Of a stretch of 64,000 nt of DNA, positions 9,072-17,638 are shown in pieces. A program made the position numbers and the translations under genes. The stretch comes from Candidatus Marinacidobacterium sp. (GTDB lineage: Bacteria; Acidobacteriota; Vicinamibacteria; Marinacidobacterales; Marinacidobacteraceae): assembly GCA_965204755.1 (NCBI GenBank), contig OZ242011.1, forward strand, positions 1,248,001 through 1,312,000. The letters are read 5' to 3'. Under the pieces are notes generated by a model. It did not search any database, had not been told where the DNA came from, and saw nothing but the letters and a program-made list of their open reading frames with translations. The stretch's first letter is position 1, and each line of letters begins with the position of its first letter.

Positions 9072-10983
9072 CTCGACTTCGACGGTTTAGCCCGGTCTGA
9101 GACCGGGAAGTCCTTGGTGCCCTTGGGGCGGCAGCTTGGATCCGGTTTGTAGTGTGCCGTGGTATTTGGTGATGAGTAACTTACTGCTATCATTCCCGCG
9201 TGTTCGTCCGCAAGTTCCGCCGGAAGAACCGGCCCGGCGTCGGCGTCCAGATCGTCCGGTCCTTCCGCGACGCCCGCGGCCGGCCCCGGCAGGAACTGAT
9301 GGTCTCCATCGGCTCCGCCCCGGAAGGCCCGGCCCTCGACGCCCTGGTCGAAGTGGCCGAGAGGAAGGTGGCCGAACTCCGGCTGGCCCGTCGGCCCACC
9401 CTGTTCCCCACCGACCTGCTGCTGCGCCAGGCGCTGGAGGCCCGCCAGGACCGGCGGACGCGCCGGGCGCGGTTGTCGGAGGTGAGCCAACTGCAGGAGG
9501 AGGCCCGCCTGACCCTGGGGGTGCACGAGGTGTTCGGCGCGCTCTGGAGCGAGGCCGGACTGGACGGGGTGTGGGGTGCGGGGCACCCGGTGTCCGGTCG
9601 GGTGTTCCGGCATGCGGTGATGCTGCGGCTGGCGGAGCCGGGCCGGAGCAAGCGGGGCCACGCGCAGGACCCGCAGCGGAACTACGGGCTGGAGATCCCG
9701 GTGGAGAAGTTCTACCGGATGATGGACCGGCTGGACGGGGAGCGGATCGCGCGGCTCACCGCCCGGGTGGGGACGCAGGTTCGGCGGCTGCTGGGGGGCG
9801 AGGTGGAGGTGGTGTTCATGGATGTGACCACCCTTTCGTTCGCCTCGGAGCAGGAGGACGGGTTGCGGGCGAAGGGGTACAGCAAGGACCAGAAGCCGCA
9901 CCGGGTGCAGGTGGTGCTGGCGCTGTTGCAGACGCGGGAGGGTTTGCCGCTGGGGTATCGGGTGTTCCCGGGGAACACGGCGGAGGTGAAGACGCTGCTT
10001 CCGTTGGTGGGGGAGTTGCGGGAGCGGTACCGGATCGGCCGGGTGGTGGTGGTGGCGGACGCGGCGATGCTGGGGACGAAGAACCTGGAGGCGTTGACGG
10101 CGGCCGGTTTCGAGTGGGTGGTGGCGGCGAAGCTCCGCCAGTTGCGGGGGAAGGACCTGGCGGCGCTGGCGGAGCCGGAGTCTTGGGCGGCTTCGGGGGA
10201 GGCGGGGCAGCGGCTGCGGGAGCACCGGGCGGAGGAGGGGGCGCTGCGGGGGCTTCGGCTGGTGGTGCGTTACTGCCCGAAGAAGGCGGAGCGGGACGCG
10301 GGGCTCCGGGCGAAGGCGGTGAAGCAGGCGAAGAAGCGGGAGGCGTCGGGGGTGAAGGGGAAGGGGCGGGCCGCGCGCTACCTGCGGGTGCGGCGGGACG
10401 CGGTGCGGTTCGACCCGGATCTGGTGGAACGGGACGCGCGGTTCGACGGGCTCCACGGGGTGTTCACCAGCCTGGCGGACCCGCCGGCGGAGATCCGGGC
10501 GCACTACGGGGGGTTGTGGCGGATCGAGCAGGGGTTCCGGGTGCTGAAGGGCACGCTGGAAGTGCGCCCGGTGTTCCACTGGACGGAGCGGCGGGTGCGG
10601 GCGCACCTGGCGATCTGCTACGCCGCCTTCGCGCTGCTCCGGTTGCTGCGCTGGCGTTACGCCCGGGCCTACCCGGAGGCGCCGCTGAGCGAGGAGCGGC
10701 TACTGCGGGAACTGCTCCGGGTGGAGGTCTCCCACGGCTGCGACCGGGGCACGAACGAGTGGTTCTTCCTGCCCTCGAAGGCCACCCCGGAGGCGGAGCG
10801 GATCTACCGGCTGGTGGGCCTGCGACTGCCCCGGCGGGCCACGCCGGTTCCACCCCCGAGGCGACTCCGCGAAGTCGCCTGACCTCCGACACCCCACCGC
10901 CGGACTCCCCCCGGTTGTAGTGTGCCTACGAAACCAAATCCCCAACTGTCAACCACTTACAAAGCCAAACCGTCGAAGTCAAG
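9072..10983 (+). mobile_element. IS1634-family insertion sequence (1912 bp)
   Basis: Terminal inverted repeats CTCGACTTCGACGGTTTAGC (9072-9091) and CTTGACTTCGACGGTTTGGC (reverse complement of 10964-10983), 18/20 identical. Single transposase. Flanked by a long direct repeat. Confidence 0.9.
9200..10882 (+). CDS. IS1634-family DDE transposase
   Basis: FMDVTT, GYSKDQKP..VQVVLALL...GLPL.Y.VFPGN..E, VADAAM, Y..LWRIEQGFRVLK..L.VRPVFHW...RVRAH..ICY. Confidence 0.93.
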   Translation: MFVRKFRRKNRPGVGVQIVRSFRDARGRPRQELMVSIGSAPEGPALDALVEVAERKVAELRLARRPTLFPTDLLLRQALEARQDRRTRRARLSEVSQLQEEARLTLGVHEVFGALWSEAGLDGVWGAGHPVSGRVFRHAVMLRLAEPGRSKRGHAQDPQRNYGLEIPVEKFYRMMDRLDGERIARLTARVGTQVRRLLGGEVEVVFMDVTTLSFASEQEDGLRAKGYSKDQKPHRVQVVLALLQTREGLPLGYRVFPGNTAEVKTLLPLVGELRERYRIGRVVVVADAAMLGTKNLEALTAAGFEWVVAAKLRQLRGKDLAALAEPESWAASGEAGQRLREHRAEEGALRGLRLVVRYCPKKAERDAGLRAKAVKQAKKREASGVKGKGRAARYLRVRRDAVRFDPDLVERDARFDGLHGVFTSLADPPAEIRAHYGGLWRIEQGFRVLKGTLEVRPVFHWTERRVRAHLAICYAAFALLRLLRWRYARAYPEAPLSEERLLRELLRVEVSHGCDRGTNEWFFLPSKATPEAERIYRLVGLRLPRRATPVPPPRRLREVA

Positions 10984-11158
10984 ATCGAAGACGGGGGAGG
11001 ACCAAATCCGGCTTCCCCGGAAGACTCTTCCGGTGAAGTCGAAAGCGGTACCCCATCCGGTGGACCAGCGACCGGACGACCATCTCCGGCGCCATCCCTT
11101 CCGACCGAATCCGCGACATGCACCGCGACCGATCCTCGCGGCTCAGGTTGTCGGTCAC
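10979..11158 (-). pseudogene. vsr: Truncated 5' copy of vsr created by the duplication
   Basis: Identical to the vsr N-terminus up to DLVLPRLRS, then stops at a TGA inside the IS end. Confidence 0.85.
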
Positions 11159-11268
11159 CTCCCCTTTCGCGCCACCCCTTCCAGCGCCGCCTCCGCTTCC
11201 TCCTCCAGCAGCCGGCGGAGGCGCGGTTCGGAGAGAGCATCGAGCAGGACGACGCCGCCCCGGCGATT
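10984..11268. repeat. 285-bp direct repeat, right copy
   Basis: Matches 8787..9071. Starts immediately after the right terminal inverted repeat. Confidence 0.92.
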
Positions 11269-11928
11269 GACGCCGCGCATCCACGCCCGGAACACCTCAC
11301 GGTCGAACAAGGCCCGGTCGCCCTCGTCCTTCCAGTGCTCCTTCATCACTGCATAGATCCTCCGCAGGACCTTCACATTACGGGACACGAAGGGGCGCTC
11401 CAACAGCGACGACCGCACATCCTGACGATAGAGCACGATCTCCAGAAACTCCTCCGGCCGCTCGGGATCCACCTCCCGCGCGATCTTCCCGAGCCACCAG
11501 AGGCGGGAGATCCCGTTGTCCCGAATCAGCGCCCGCGCGCCGCGGGCGAAGAAGTGGTTCCTTACCTCCCGGACCGCCGCCTCCTTCTTCTTCGGCCGGC
11601 GCAGAAGCCACCTCGCCCGAACATAGTCCGCGCACTCCACATGGCACAGGTACGCCCAGAGCCGCTCTTCGGACGCCTCATGACGGCTCAGTTCTCAAAG
11701 GTGGTCATGCACGCGCAGCGCGTTGACCGGATCGTCTTGTCCCGGCTTCTCGGTCGCCGTAAGCCGAAGATCTGCGGTACGTCTCTCGACTCTCGCTCGT
11801 CGCGACTCCGGCCATGACAGGCCGCGCTTTCTTCCGTGGGAACCCGAGTAGTACCAGTCCAGCCGGTCCGGCACGCTCTCCCGCAACTCTACGAGGGATG
11901 CCTCCGTGAAGTAGCGGATCTCGTCCAT
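11155..11928 (-). pseudogene. DUF6339-like protein interrupted by one in-frame TGA (11695-11697)
   Basis: TAATG overlap with the upstream gene. Reads ...VHDHL*ELSRHEASEERLWAYLCHVECADYVRARW...RDNGISRLWW... in a single frame. DUF6339 assignment is from remembered motifs only. Confidence 0.7.
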
Positions 11929-12821
11929 TACGCCGATCGTCCGTCCTTCAGGAGGGGCAGCCCTCTGAACGGACCTTCCAAGACACGCTGCGCATCCATC
12001 AGACGGTCCGCGTTCTCGCAACCGATGGGTCGGCACACCGGCGACCGGGATTCCCCCAGTGCCTCGCTCGTGGGCCGTACTTTCTCCAACCGCGTGTTCA
12101 GTACGGAATACCACCGACAGGACCTGTACTCGTCGGGAGCGCTGTCGGCGATCGTCAACAGATGCACGAGTGCCGGGAGATACACGCCGTTCATGAGGTA
12201 CGAAGCCTCGGCCTTCGTGCGAACCCGCTCCCGAGCCTGCCGAAAGTCCTTGTAGTCGACGGGGTGCATCTGCACTTCCACACGGTCCCCGGTCGGCGCG
12301 CAGGACCAAAGACCACGCGTTTGTTCGGGGTGCGGAATGAGAATAAAGATCGAACCCATATGACTCTCGTCTGCCGTGTCGATCCAGTAGGCCTCCGGCG
12401 TGTCCATCGCGAGAACGGCTCCTTCTTCGATGTCGAAAGTGCGGCCATCGAAGTCCGAGTGCCAACGCCTGGCGCGAAACGCCCGAAGGGGTCTTCCGGC
12501 CACACAGAACGCCGTAACTTCGAGATCGCGCGCGATCGTTCCGTCGGGGAACTCCTCGACGATTCTCGGCTCGAACGAATACGCCAAGGTGCGCAGACTG
12601 GTGAGCGGGCAGTGGATCAGGAGGGCGTAGCGCGCGCTCCGCTTCTCTACGAGCGCTACCAGGTCGGGGTCGCTCAACCGGTAGTCGGCGGTAACTCGGA
12701 GCGCCACCGTGCCCTCGATCCGCTCGACCTCGACATCCACCTCGAATTCGACTTTCTCGTAGTCCGAACTACGCGGACGGAGCACCGGATGCGGGAACGC
12801 CTTGGCTTCGTCGAACTTCAC
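11928..12821 (-). CDS. Uncharacterised protein (297 aa) in the methyltransferase operon
   Basis: Coupled to both neighbours (GTGA and TAATG overlaps). N-terminal FPHPVL motif. Protein-like composition. Confidence 0.8.
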   Translation of the reverse strand: MKFDEAKAFPHPVLRPRSSDYEKVEFEVDVEVERIEGTVALRVTADYRLSDPDLVALVEKRSARYALLIHCPLTSLRTLAYSFEPRIVEEFPDGTIARDLEVTAFCVAGRPLRAFRARRWHSDFDGRTFDIEEGAVLAMDTPEAYWIDTADESHMGSIFILIPHPEQTRGLWSCAPTGDRVEVQMHPVDYKDFRQARERVRTKAEASYLMNGVYLPALVHLLTIADSAPDEYRSCRWYSVLNTRLEKVRPTSEALGESRSPVCRPIGCENADRLMDAQRVLEGPFRGLPLLKDGRSA

Positions 12822-14791
12822 GACTTACTCCCGGAACTCGCAATCAGGCGAAGCGCGGCGCCGGTGAGAGCCTCCGGACTTCTCACATGCAAAGAGCGCC
12901 GGCGATTCTCCTTCAGTGACAAGCCCGTCGTGACCTCTCGCCCGTTGTCGGCGATGAACCGAACTCCGGGAATCGCCCGCGCCGCCGTGTCCCCGGCCTC
13001 TTCGAGTGCGAGGCGTGCGCGGCCGCTCGCTCCGGGCGTGAACCAGACCCGGAACTGCCGGCCGCTCGCGTCCTCGGCAAGGATCCGAACATCGTAGAGT
13101 CTGACGGCTGCGCCGCCGAGCGGGCCGTCCCTCGGCCCCGTGCCTCCGCGCCCCGGCCCGTCACCCGGCCCACCCCCGGGGCCCTGACCTCCTCCGCCCT
13201 CGCCGACGGGTGCGCCGCCACCGTGTCCGGCTTCGTCACCGTCGCCGGCCTCGTTGTCCTCGTCTGCGTCGCTTTCGAGCCCACTCGGCTGAACGCGGCG
13301 CTTCGGAGCCTTGCGCAGCACCACTCCCGTAACACCGAACTGTTTCTCGAGGTGTTCGCCTCCTTGTCCACCATCCAGCGGCCCAGGGCCGTCGAGCGGC
13401 AGGAACCGAGCCAGTTCGTCCAACTCCTCGGAAACACTCGACGGCGCCGGCGCGGCCACCTCGTCGAGCCGCTTCCGGATCCAGCCGGTCAGGCCACGGA
13501 GCGTGTCGCGGCCCTGTTTCCGGCGGTCCGGCGGGAGACGGTCCGGCTCGAATCGATCATGCGCCGGGTTCTCCATCTGCCGCAGGAGTTCGTTGGCTTC
13601 GGGAGTCTCGAAGACACAGACTGCAGCGAAATCGCGCAACGACGGAAAACGCATCAGGCCGGGCTGGTTGTCGGTCACCAGCATCCCCGTCCCTCGAATC
13701 AGGGCCACTTTGCCGGGTAGTTCTTCTCCGGGGCGCTCGTCCTCAGTCTCCACCCACAACTTCACCTTCCCCAGTCCCGGCAGGTCCTCTTCGAAGCGCG
13801 GCTTCGCGCCATCTCGAGTCATCCTCCAGTAGGTGTAAGCGTCCCGGGAGCCGTCCGCGGCGCCGTCGTCCTCTTCGAACAGACCGGCGAAGACCGTCTC
13901 CAGGGTCTCGTTACGGAGATCGGCATATTCGCCGCCCGCTTCACGGGACTCATCCGGCTCCAGCACGACATCCAGTCGGCGGCGCTCGATCGCGTAGAAG
14001 TAGTTCCGGAGGACACTTCGCGCGACTCCTCGCTGCCAAGCCTCCTCCGTCCTGAACCCGGCGATCCACACCGCTGTCCCGCCGATCGGCGTTCCCTCGT
14101 TCCCACGCATGCGGAACACTCGGGGAATCCTCCGGTTCCGCAACTCGCGGCAGCGGTCCGTGAGACCGAAGAAGCCCGAGCCGTGCGTCTCTTCAGCGCC
14201 TCCGTTCTCCTGCCAGTCGTGAGACATCAGGATCGCCTTCGCCTGGAACTTTTCGACGAGTTCACCGTCCTCGTCGAGACAGGTCCAGTAGCCGACGGTG
14301 CGAAGCGGCGACACCGCGAACGGCGCGTTCTTGCCGATTCCGTACGACCCGCCGGAAGTCGTGTCCTTCTTGGCGCTGTCCCCCTGCCTCTTCACGAGCG
14401 CCTTCCACTCCGCGTCCGGCAATCCCGTAGTGTTGCGATCCGAAATGCAGAGGAACGGAACGACTCGGCGCTCGAGCAACTTCGCAGCCTCCGCAAAGAA
14501 ATCGGCCGCCTTTGTCCGATCATCAGAGACACAGACGCGGTGACAGGCCTCGATGTGCCGGCGCAGTTGATCGCCGTCGAGATGTTTGCGGATGTCGATA
14601 TCGCGCAGTTCGAAGGTCATCTCCACGGTTTTTCCGTCGAGACCGGCGTCCAACGAATTCTGGATCACCTCCCGCGCCAGACTCCCGAGCAAATCGCCCT
14701 GGAAGTGGGCCATCCCGGCGTGTTCGAACCCCTGCCCCTCGCCTCCATCGAGAAGCGGGAACTTCCAGCCGATGCCGCCTCCGAGATTCAT
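12818..14791 (-). CDS. GHKL (HATPase_c/MORC-like) ATPase-domain protein, 657 aa
   Basis: ATGA overlap with the C5-MTase. N-box LAREVIQNSLDA, G1-like ISDRNTTGL, G2 GGSYGIGK, GGTAVWI. Acidic/Gly-rich linker before a small C-terminal beta domain. Confidence 0.78.
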   Translation of the reverse strand: MNLGGGIGWKFPLLDGGEGQGFEHAGMAHFQGDLLGSLAREVIQNSLDAGLDGKTVEMTFELRDIDIRKHLDGDQLRRHIEACHRVCVSDDRTKAADFFAEAAKLLERRVVPFLCISDRNTTGLPDAEWKALVKRQGDSAKKDTTSGGSYGIGKNAPFAVSPLRTVGYWTCLDEDGELVEKFQAKAILMSHDWQENGGAEETHGSGFFGLTDRCRELRNRRIPRVFRMRGNEGTPIGGTAVWIAGFRTEEAWQRGVARSVLRNYFYAIERRRLDVVLEPDESREAGGEYADLRNETLETVFAGLFEEDDGAADGSRDAYTYWRMTRDGAKPRFEEDLPGLGKVKLWVETEDERPGEELPGKVALIRGTGMLVTDNQPGLMRFPSLRDFAAVCVFETPEANELLRQMENPAHDRFEPDRLPPDRRKQGRDTLRGLTGWIRKRLDEVAAPAPSSVSEELDELARFLPLDGPGPLDGGQGGEHLEKQFGVTGVVLRKAPKRRVQPSGLESDADEDNEAGDGDEAGHGGGAPVGEGGGGQGPGGGPGDGPGRGGTGPRDGPLGGAAVRLYDVRILAEDASGRQFRVWFTPGASGRARLALEEAGDTAARAIPGVRFIADNGREVTTGLSLKENRRRSLHVRSPEALTGAALRLIASSGSKS

Positions 14792-15804
14792 GCGGCGGCT
14801 CTCAACTCTTCGCGCAGGATGCGAGCGCACTCGACGCCGATCAAGCGGGACAGGTGAACGCAGACCGCGTTGCCGAGCAGACGGTAGCGCTCGGCAGTCG
14901 GGACGGACTCCGGAAAAACCGAGGAATCCACGCCGAAGCCCTGGAGTCGGGCTACCTCTTGGACGCTCAACTTGCGAATCCCCCACCGGTCGCGGAGGAA
15001 GGGAACATTGTGGCCGCCGATACCCATGTTCGCCGTCAGCGTCGGGCACTGGCCGTTCGGCTTCTCGCGGACATAGGAACGCCGAAGTTGATACAGGTTG
15101 CGGTCGGATTTCCCCTTCTCCATGGCCGCGCTGATCATTCGGTAGTACTGGTTCTCCGGAGCGAGGTAGAGATCGTCGGGAGCCTTTCGCCTGCGGTCGA
15201 TCAAGGCGCCGATCTCCGATTTGACTCCGCTGGCGATGGCCGGCGCGGAGAACGGGTTGTAGGGGAAGTGGGCGCGTGAAGCGGCCACCAGGAAGAGCCG
15301 CTCCCGATCCTGCGGCGACTCGCTGACTTCCCGGACATTCACTTTCCAGCAGGTCTCTTCACGAAACCAGTATCCGACCTGGCGCAGTTCTCGGCGCACG
15401 CGATCGAACCAGGCGCCTCGGGCGCCGTACAGCAGGTGAGGAACATTCTCGAGAACGACGAGCGCCGGGCGCTCCTCCTCCGCGTACTCACGCAGAAGTC
15501 TCGGGATCTCGAAGAACAGGCGCCCTCTCGGATCGTCGAACCCGCGGCGGTCGCCGGCCTGGGAAAAACTCTGGCACGGGAACCCGGCCGCCAGCACCTC
15601 GACCGGGCTCAGCTGAGCGGCGGCTACGAACAATTCGCAGACATCCTTTTCCACGACCGGAGCGCCGGGGAACCGGTGGCGGAAGGTCTCGCAGGCGGAG
15701 CGGTCGCAGTCCGACGCCCAAGCGATCTCGAAGCCGGCCTCGGCCAGACCGGAGGCGAACCCGCCCATTCCGGAGAACAGGCAGCCTGCTCGAAGGCGGC
15801 GCAT
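14788..15804 (-). CDS. dcm: DNA (cytosine-5)-methyltransferase
   Basis: Motif I LFSGMGG, catalytic GFPCQSFS, ENV, QDRERLFLVA, RKLSVQEVARLQGF, motif X LLGNAV. Confidence 0.95.
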   Translation of the reverse strand: MRRLRAGCLFSGMGGFASGLAEAGFEIAWASDCDRSACETFRHRFPGAPVVEKDVCELFVAAAQLSPVEVLAAGFPCQSFSQAGDRRGFDDPRGRLFFEIPRLLREYAEEERPALVVLENVPHLLYGARGAWFDRVRRELRQVGYWFREETCWKVNVREVSESPQDRERLFLVAASRAHFPYNPFSAPAIASGVKSEIGALIDRRRKAPDDLYLAPENQYYRMISAAMEKGKSDRNLYQLRRSYVREKPNGQCPTLTANMGIGGHNVPFLRDRWGIRKLSVQEVARLQGFGVDSSVFPESVPTAERYRLLGNAVCVHLSRLIGVECARILREELRAAA

Positions 15805-15901
15805 ACGCTGCTCAGTGCTCGGCCGCACCGTAGCGGCGACGCCGGGCGAAGACCCCCGGCCGCGCCTGCGACCGGGCGGCTGCTATCCGCCGACTGCGCT
15901 C

Positions 15902-15918
15902 AGAGAGAGAGAGAGAGA
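15902..15918. repeat. (AG)8 dinucleotide simple sequence repeat
   Basis: agagagagagagagaga, about 100 bp upstream of the dcm start. Confidence 0.85.
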
Positions 15919-16122
15919 AGTCTGAGGACACCTCCGGGCGCTCGTCGTCATCTCGTGGCTCGTGGGTTCCGGGGGCAGGCTGCGGCGCCGAAGGGCGCGG
16001 CGGCCCGTCCCGCTCGAATTGTAGAAGACGCCCGCCGTCCCCGCACAACCGAACACCCATGCGCTCGGAACCTGCTCAGGGCCCCCCGCGTTAGGTTCCC
16101 GTCGCACCCCGTCCGTCCCCGC

Positions 16123-17586
16123 ATGATCCTCCGGAAGACCCGCCGCCGCCTCGCCGCCATCCTCCTCGTCCTCGCGGCGGCGGCCGGCGCGAGCGCCCAG
16201 GGCGAGCGGCCCACGGACACCGAACTGGGATGGCTGGAGTCGTTCCTCATGACGCCCGAGGAGCGGCGCGCCTCCATCCGGGCGTTGTCCGCCGGGGATC
16301 GGGGGGCGTTCCGGCGGCTGTTCTGGATGCGGCGGGACCCGACGCCCGACACGCCCCGGAACGAGACGCTGGAGCGCTACCTGGCCCGGGTGCGGCTGGC
16401 CGAGAGCAACTTCCGGAAGGACGGCTACGGCGGAGGCGGCGACCGGGCGCGGGTCTTCGTCCTGCTCGGCCTGCCGGTGCAGACCATCCCGCAGCCGGCG
16501 ACGGAGGACGCCCCGGACGGGCTCCTCTGGGTCTATCCGCCCGACCGGGACGCCGGGGTCCCGGACGGGTTGACCGCGCACTACCTGGCCGACCCCGACG
16601 GGCGGCTCTGGCTGGAGAACCGAGGCGAGGTGGACGACCGGCTCGAACCCCTGCGCGCGGAACTCATCGTCCGGCCCGGGATCCGGTTCGAGCGCGGCCC
16701 GGACGGGCGGCTCCTCATCCCGAACCTGCCCGCCGGGGGCTCCGAGCGCGCCCGGAAGGTGCTGGCGACGATGGCTTCGGACGAGGCGGCCGACGACCCC
16801 GGCCCCCGCGCCGCCGGCTTCCCGTTCCGGGTCACGCCCGCGTACTTCCGGAGCGGCGAGGACGCGACCACCGTGGCGCTCCTGTTCGAGACCCCCGCCG
16901 GCGTACTGGCCGCCGCCGACGACGGACAGTCGGCGGCTTCCGTCTTCGCCCGGGACGCCGCCGCGCCCCGCGCCGCCGCCGGCGGCCCCGGCGAGGGTCG
17001 GTTTCGGTTCGAGACCGCCAACACCCGCATCCAGCCCGGAGGGGGGCCGGCGCGGTTCGAGGCCTCCCTGGTGCTGCCGCCCGGCGACCGCCGACTCCTG
17101 CTGGGCGTGGTGGACGAACAGTCGGACGCCTTCGGGACCGCCGCCATCGAGATCGAGGCCCCGGCTTTCCCCGAGGCCGAGCCGAGTTTCTCCTCGGTGG
17201 TGCTCTACGGGGAGACCACCCCGGTCACCGCCGCCGAAGGTTCGTCCGACCGGGCGTTCCAGTTCGGGCGCACCCACTTCCGGGCGCGGTCGAACGGCAT
17301 CTTCCGCCGCAGCGAGACGCTGGGCGCTTTCTACTTCTTCTATCCCGGCGCCCGGGAGGACGACGGCGCGCTGCCGGAGATCGTCGCCGAGTACACGGTC
17401 CTGAGGGACGGGCGGGAGACCGGGTTCGTTCGTCCCGAAGCGCTGCCGACCAGCACCCGGCAGGCCGCCGCCAACGCGGAGATCCCGCTCGCGCAGTTCG
17501 CTCCCGGGCGTTACCGGCTGCGCATTCGCATCCGGTACCGCGACGACACCTACGAGACCGGCGCCGCCTTCACGGTAACCGGCTGA
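16123..17586 (+). CDS. GWxTD domain-containing secreted protein
   Basis: Signal peptide. FW..RDPTPDTPRNE...Y..RV..A...F...G...DRARVFVLLG.P. C-terminal beta domain (PGRYRLRIRI). Confidence 0.8.
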   Translation: MILRKTRRRLAAILLVLAAAAGASAQGERPTDTELGWLESFLMTPEERRASIRALSAGDRGAFRRLFWMRRDPTPDTPRNETLERYLARVRLAESNFRKDGYGGGGDRARVFVLLGLPVQTIPQPATEDAPDGLLWVYPPDRDAGVPDGLTAHYLADPDGRLWLENRGEVDDRLEPLRAELIVRPGIRFERGPDGRLLIPNLPAGGSERARKVLATMASDEAADDPGPRAAGFPFRVTPAYFRSGEDATTVALLFETPAGVLAAADDGQSAASVFARDAAAPRAAAGGPGEGRFRFETANTRIQPGGGPARFEASLVLPPGDRRLLLGVVDEQSDAFGTAAIEIEAPAFPEAEPSFSSVVLYGETTPVTAAEGSSDRAFQFGRTHFRARSNGIFRRSETLGAFYFFYPGAREDDGALPEIVAEYTVLRDGRETGFVRPEALPTSTRQAAANAEIPLAQFAPGRYRLRIRIRYRDDTYETGAAFTVTG

Positions 17587-17638
17587 TCGTCCGCCCGCGC
17601 AGGCGGCGAGGGCCGGACGACGGCGAGGCGCCGCCCGC

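Noticed and set aside
10979-11158. A second functional vsr gene
   Set aside because: It is only the 5' part, lacks the FWH motif, and is fully explained by the IS target duplication.
11695-11697. Selenocysteine recoding of the in-frame TGA
   Set aside because: There is no redox-type context and I recognised no SECIS-like hairpin. A nonsense mutation is simpler, though not proven.
7411-16120. Integrative element with att sites bounding the methylase island
   Set aside because: I found no integrase, tRNA or flanking direct repeats by eye, so the island boundaries are approximate.
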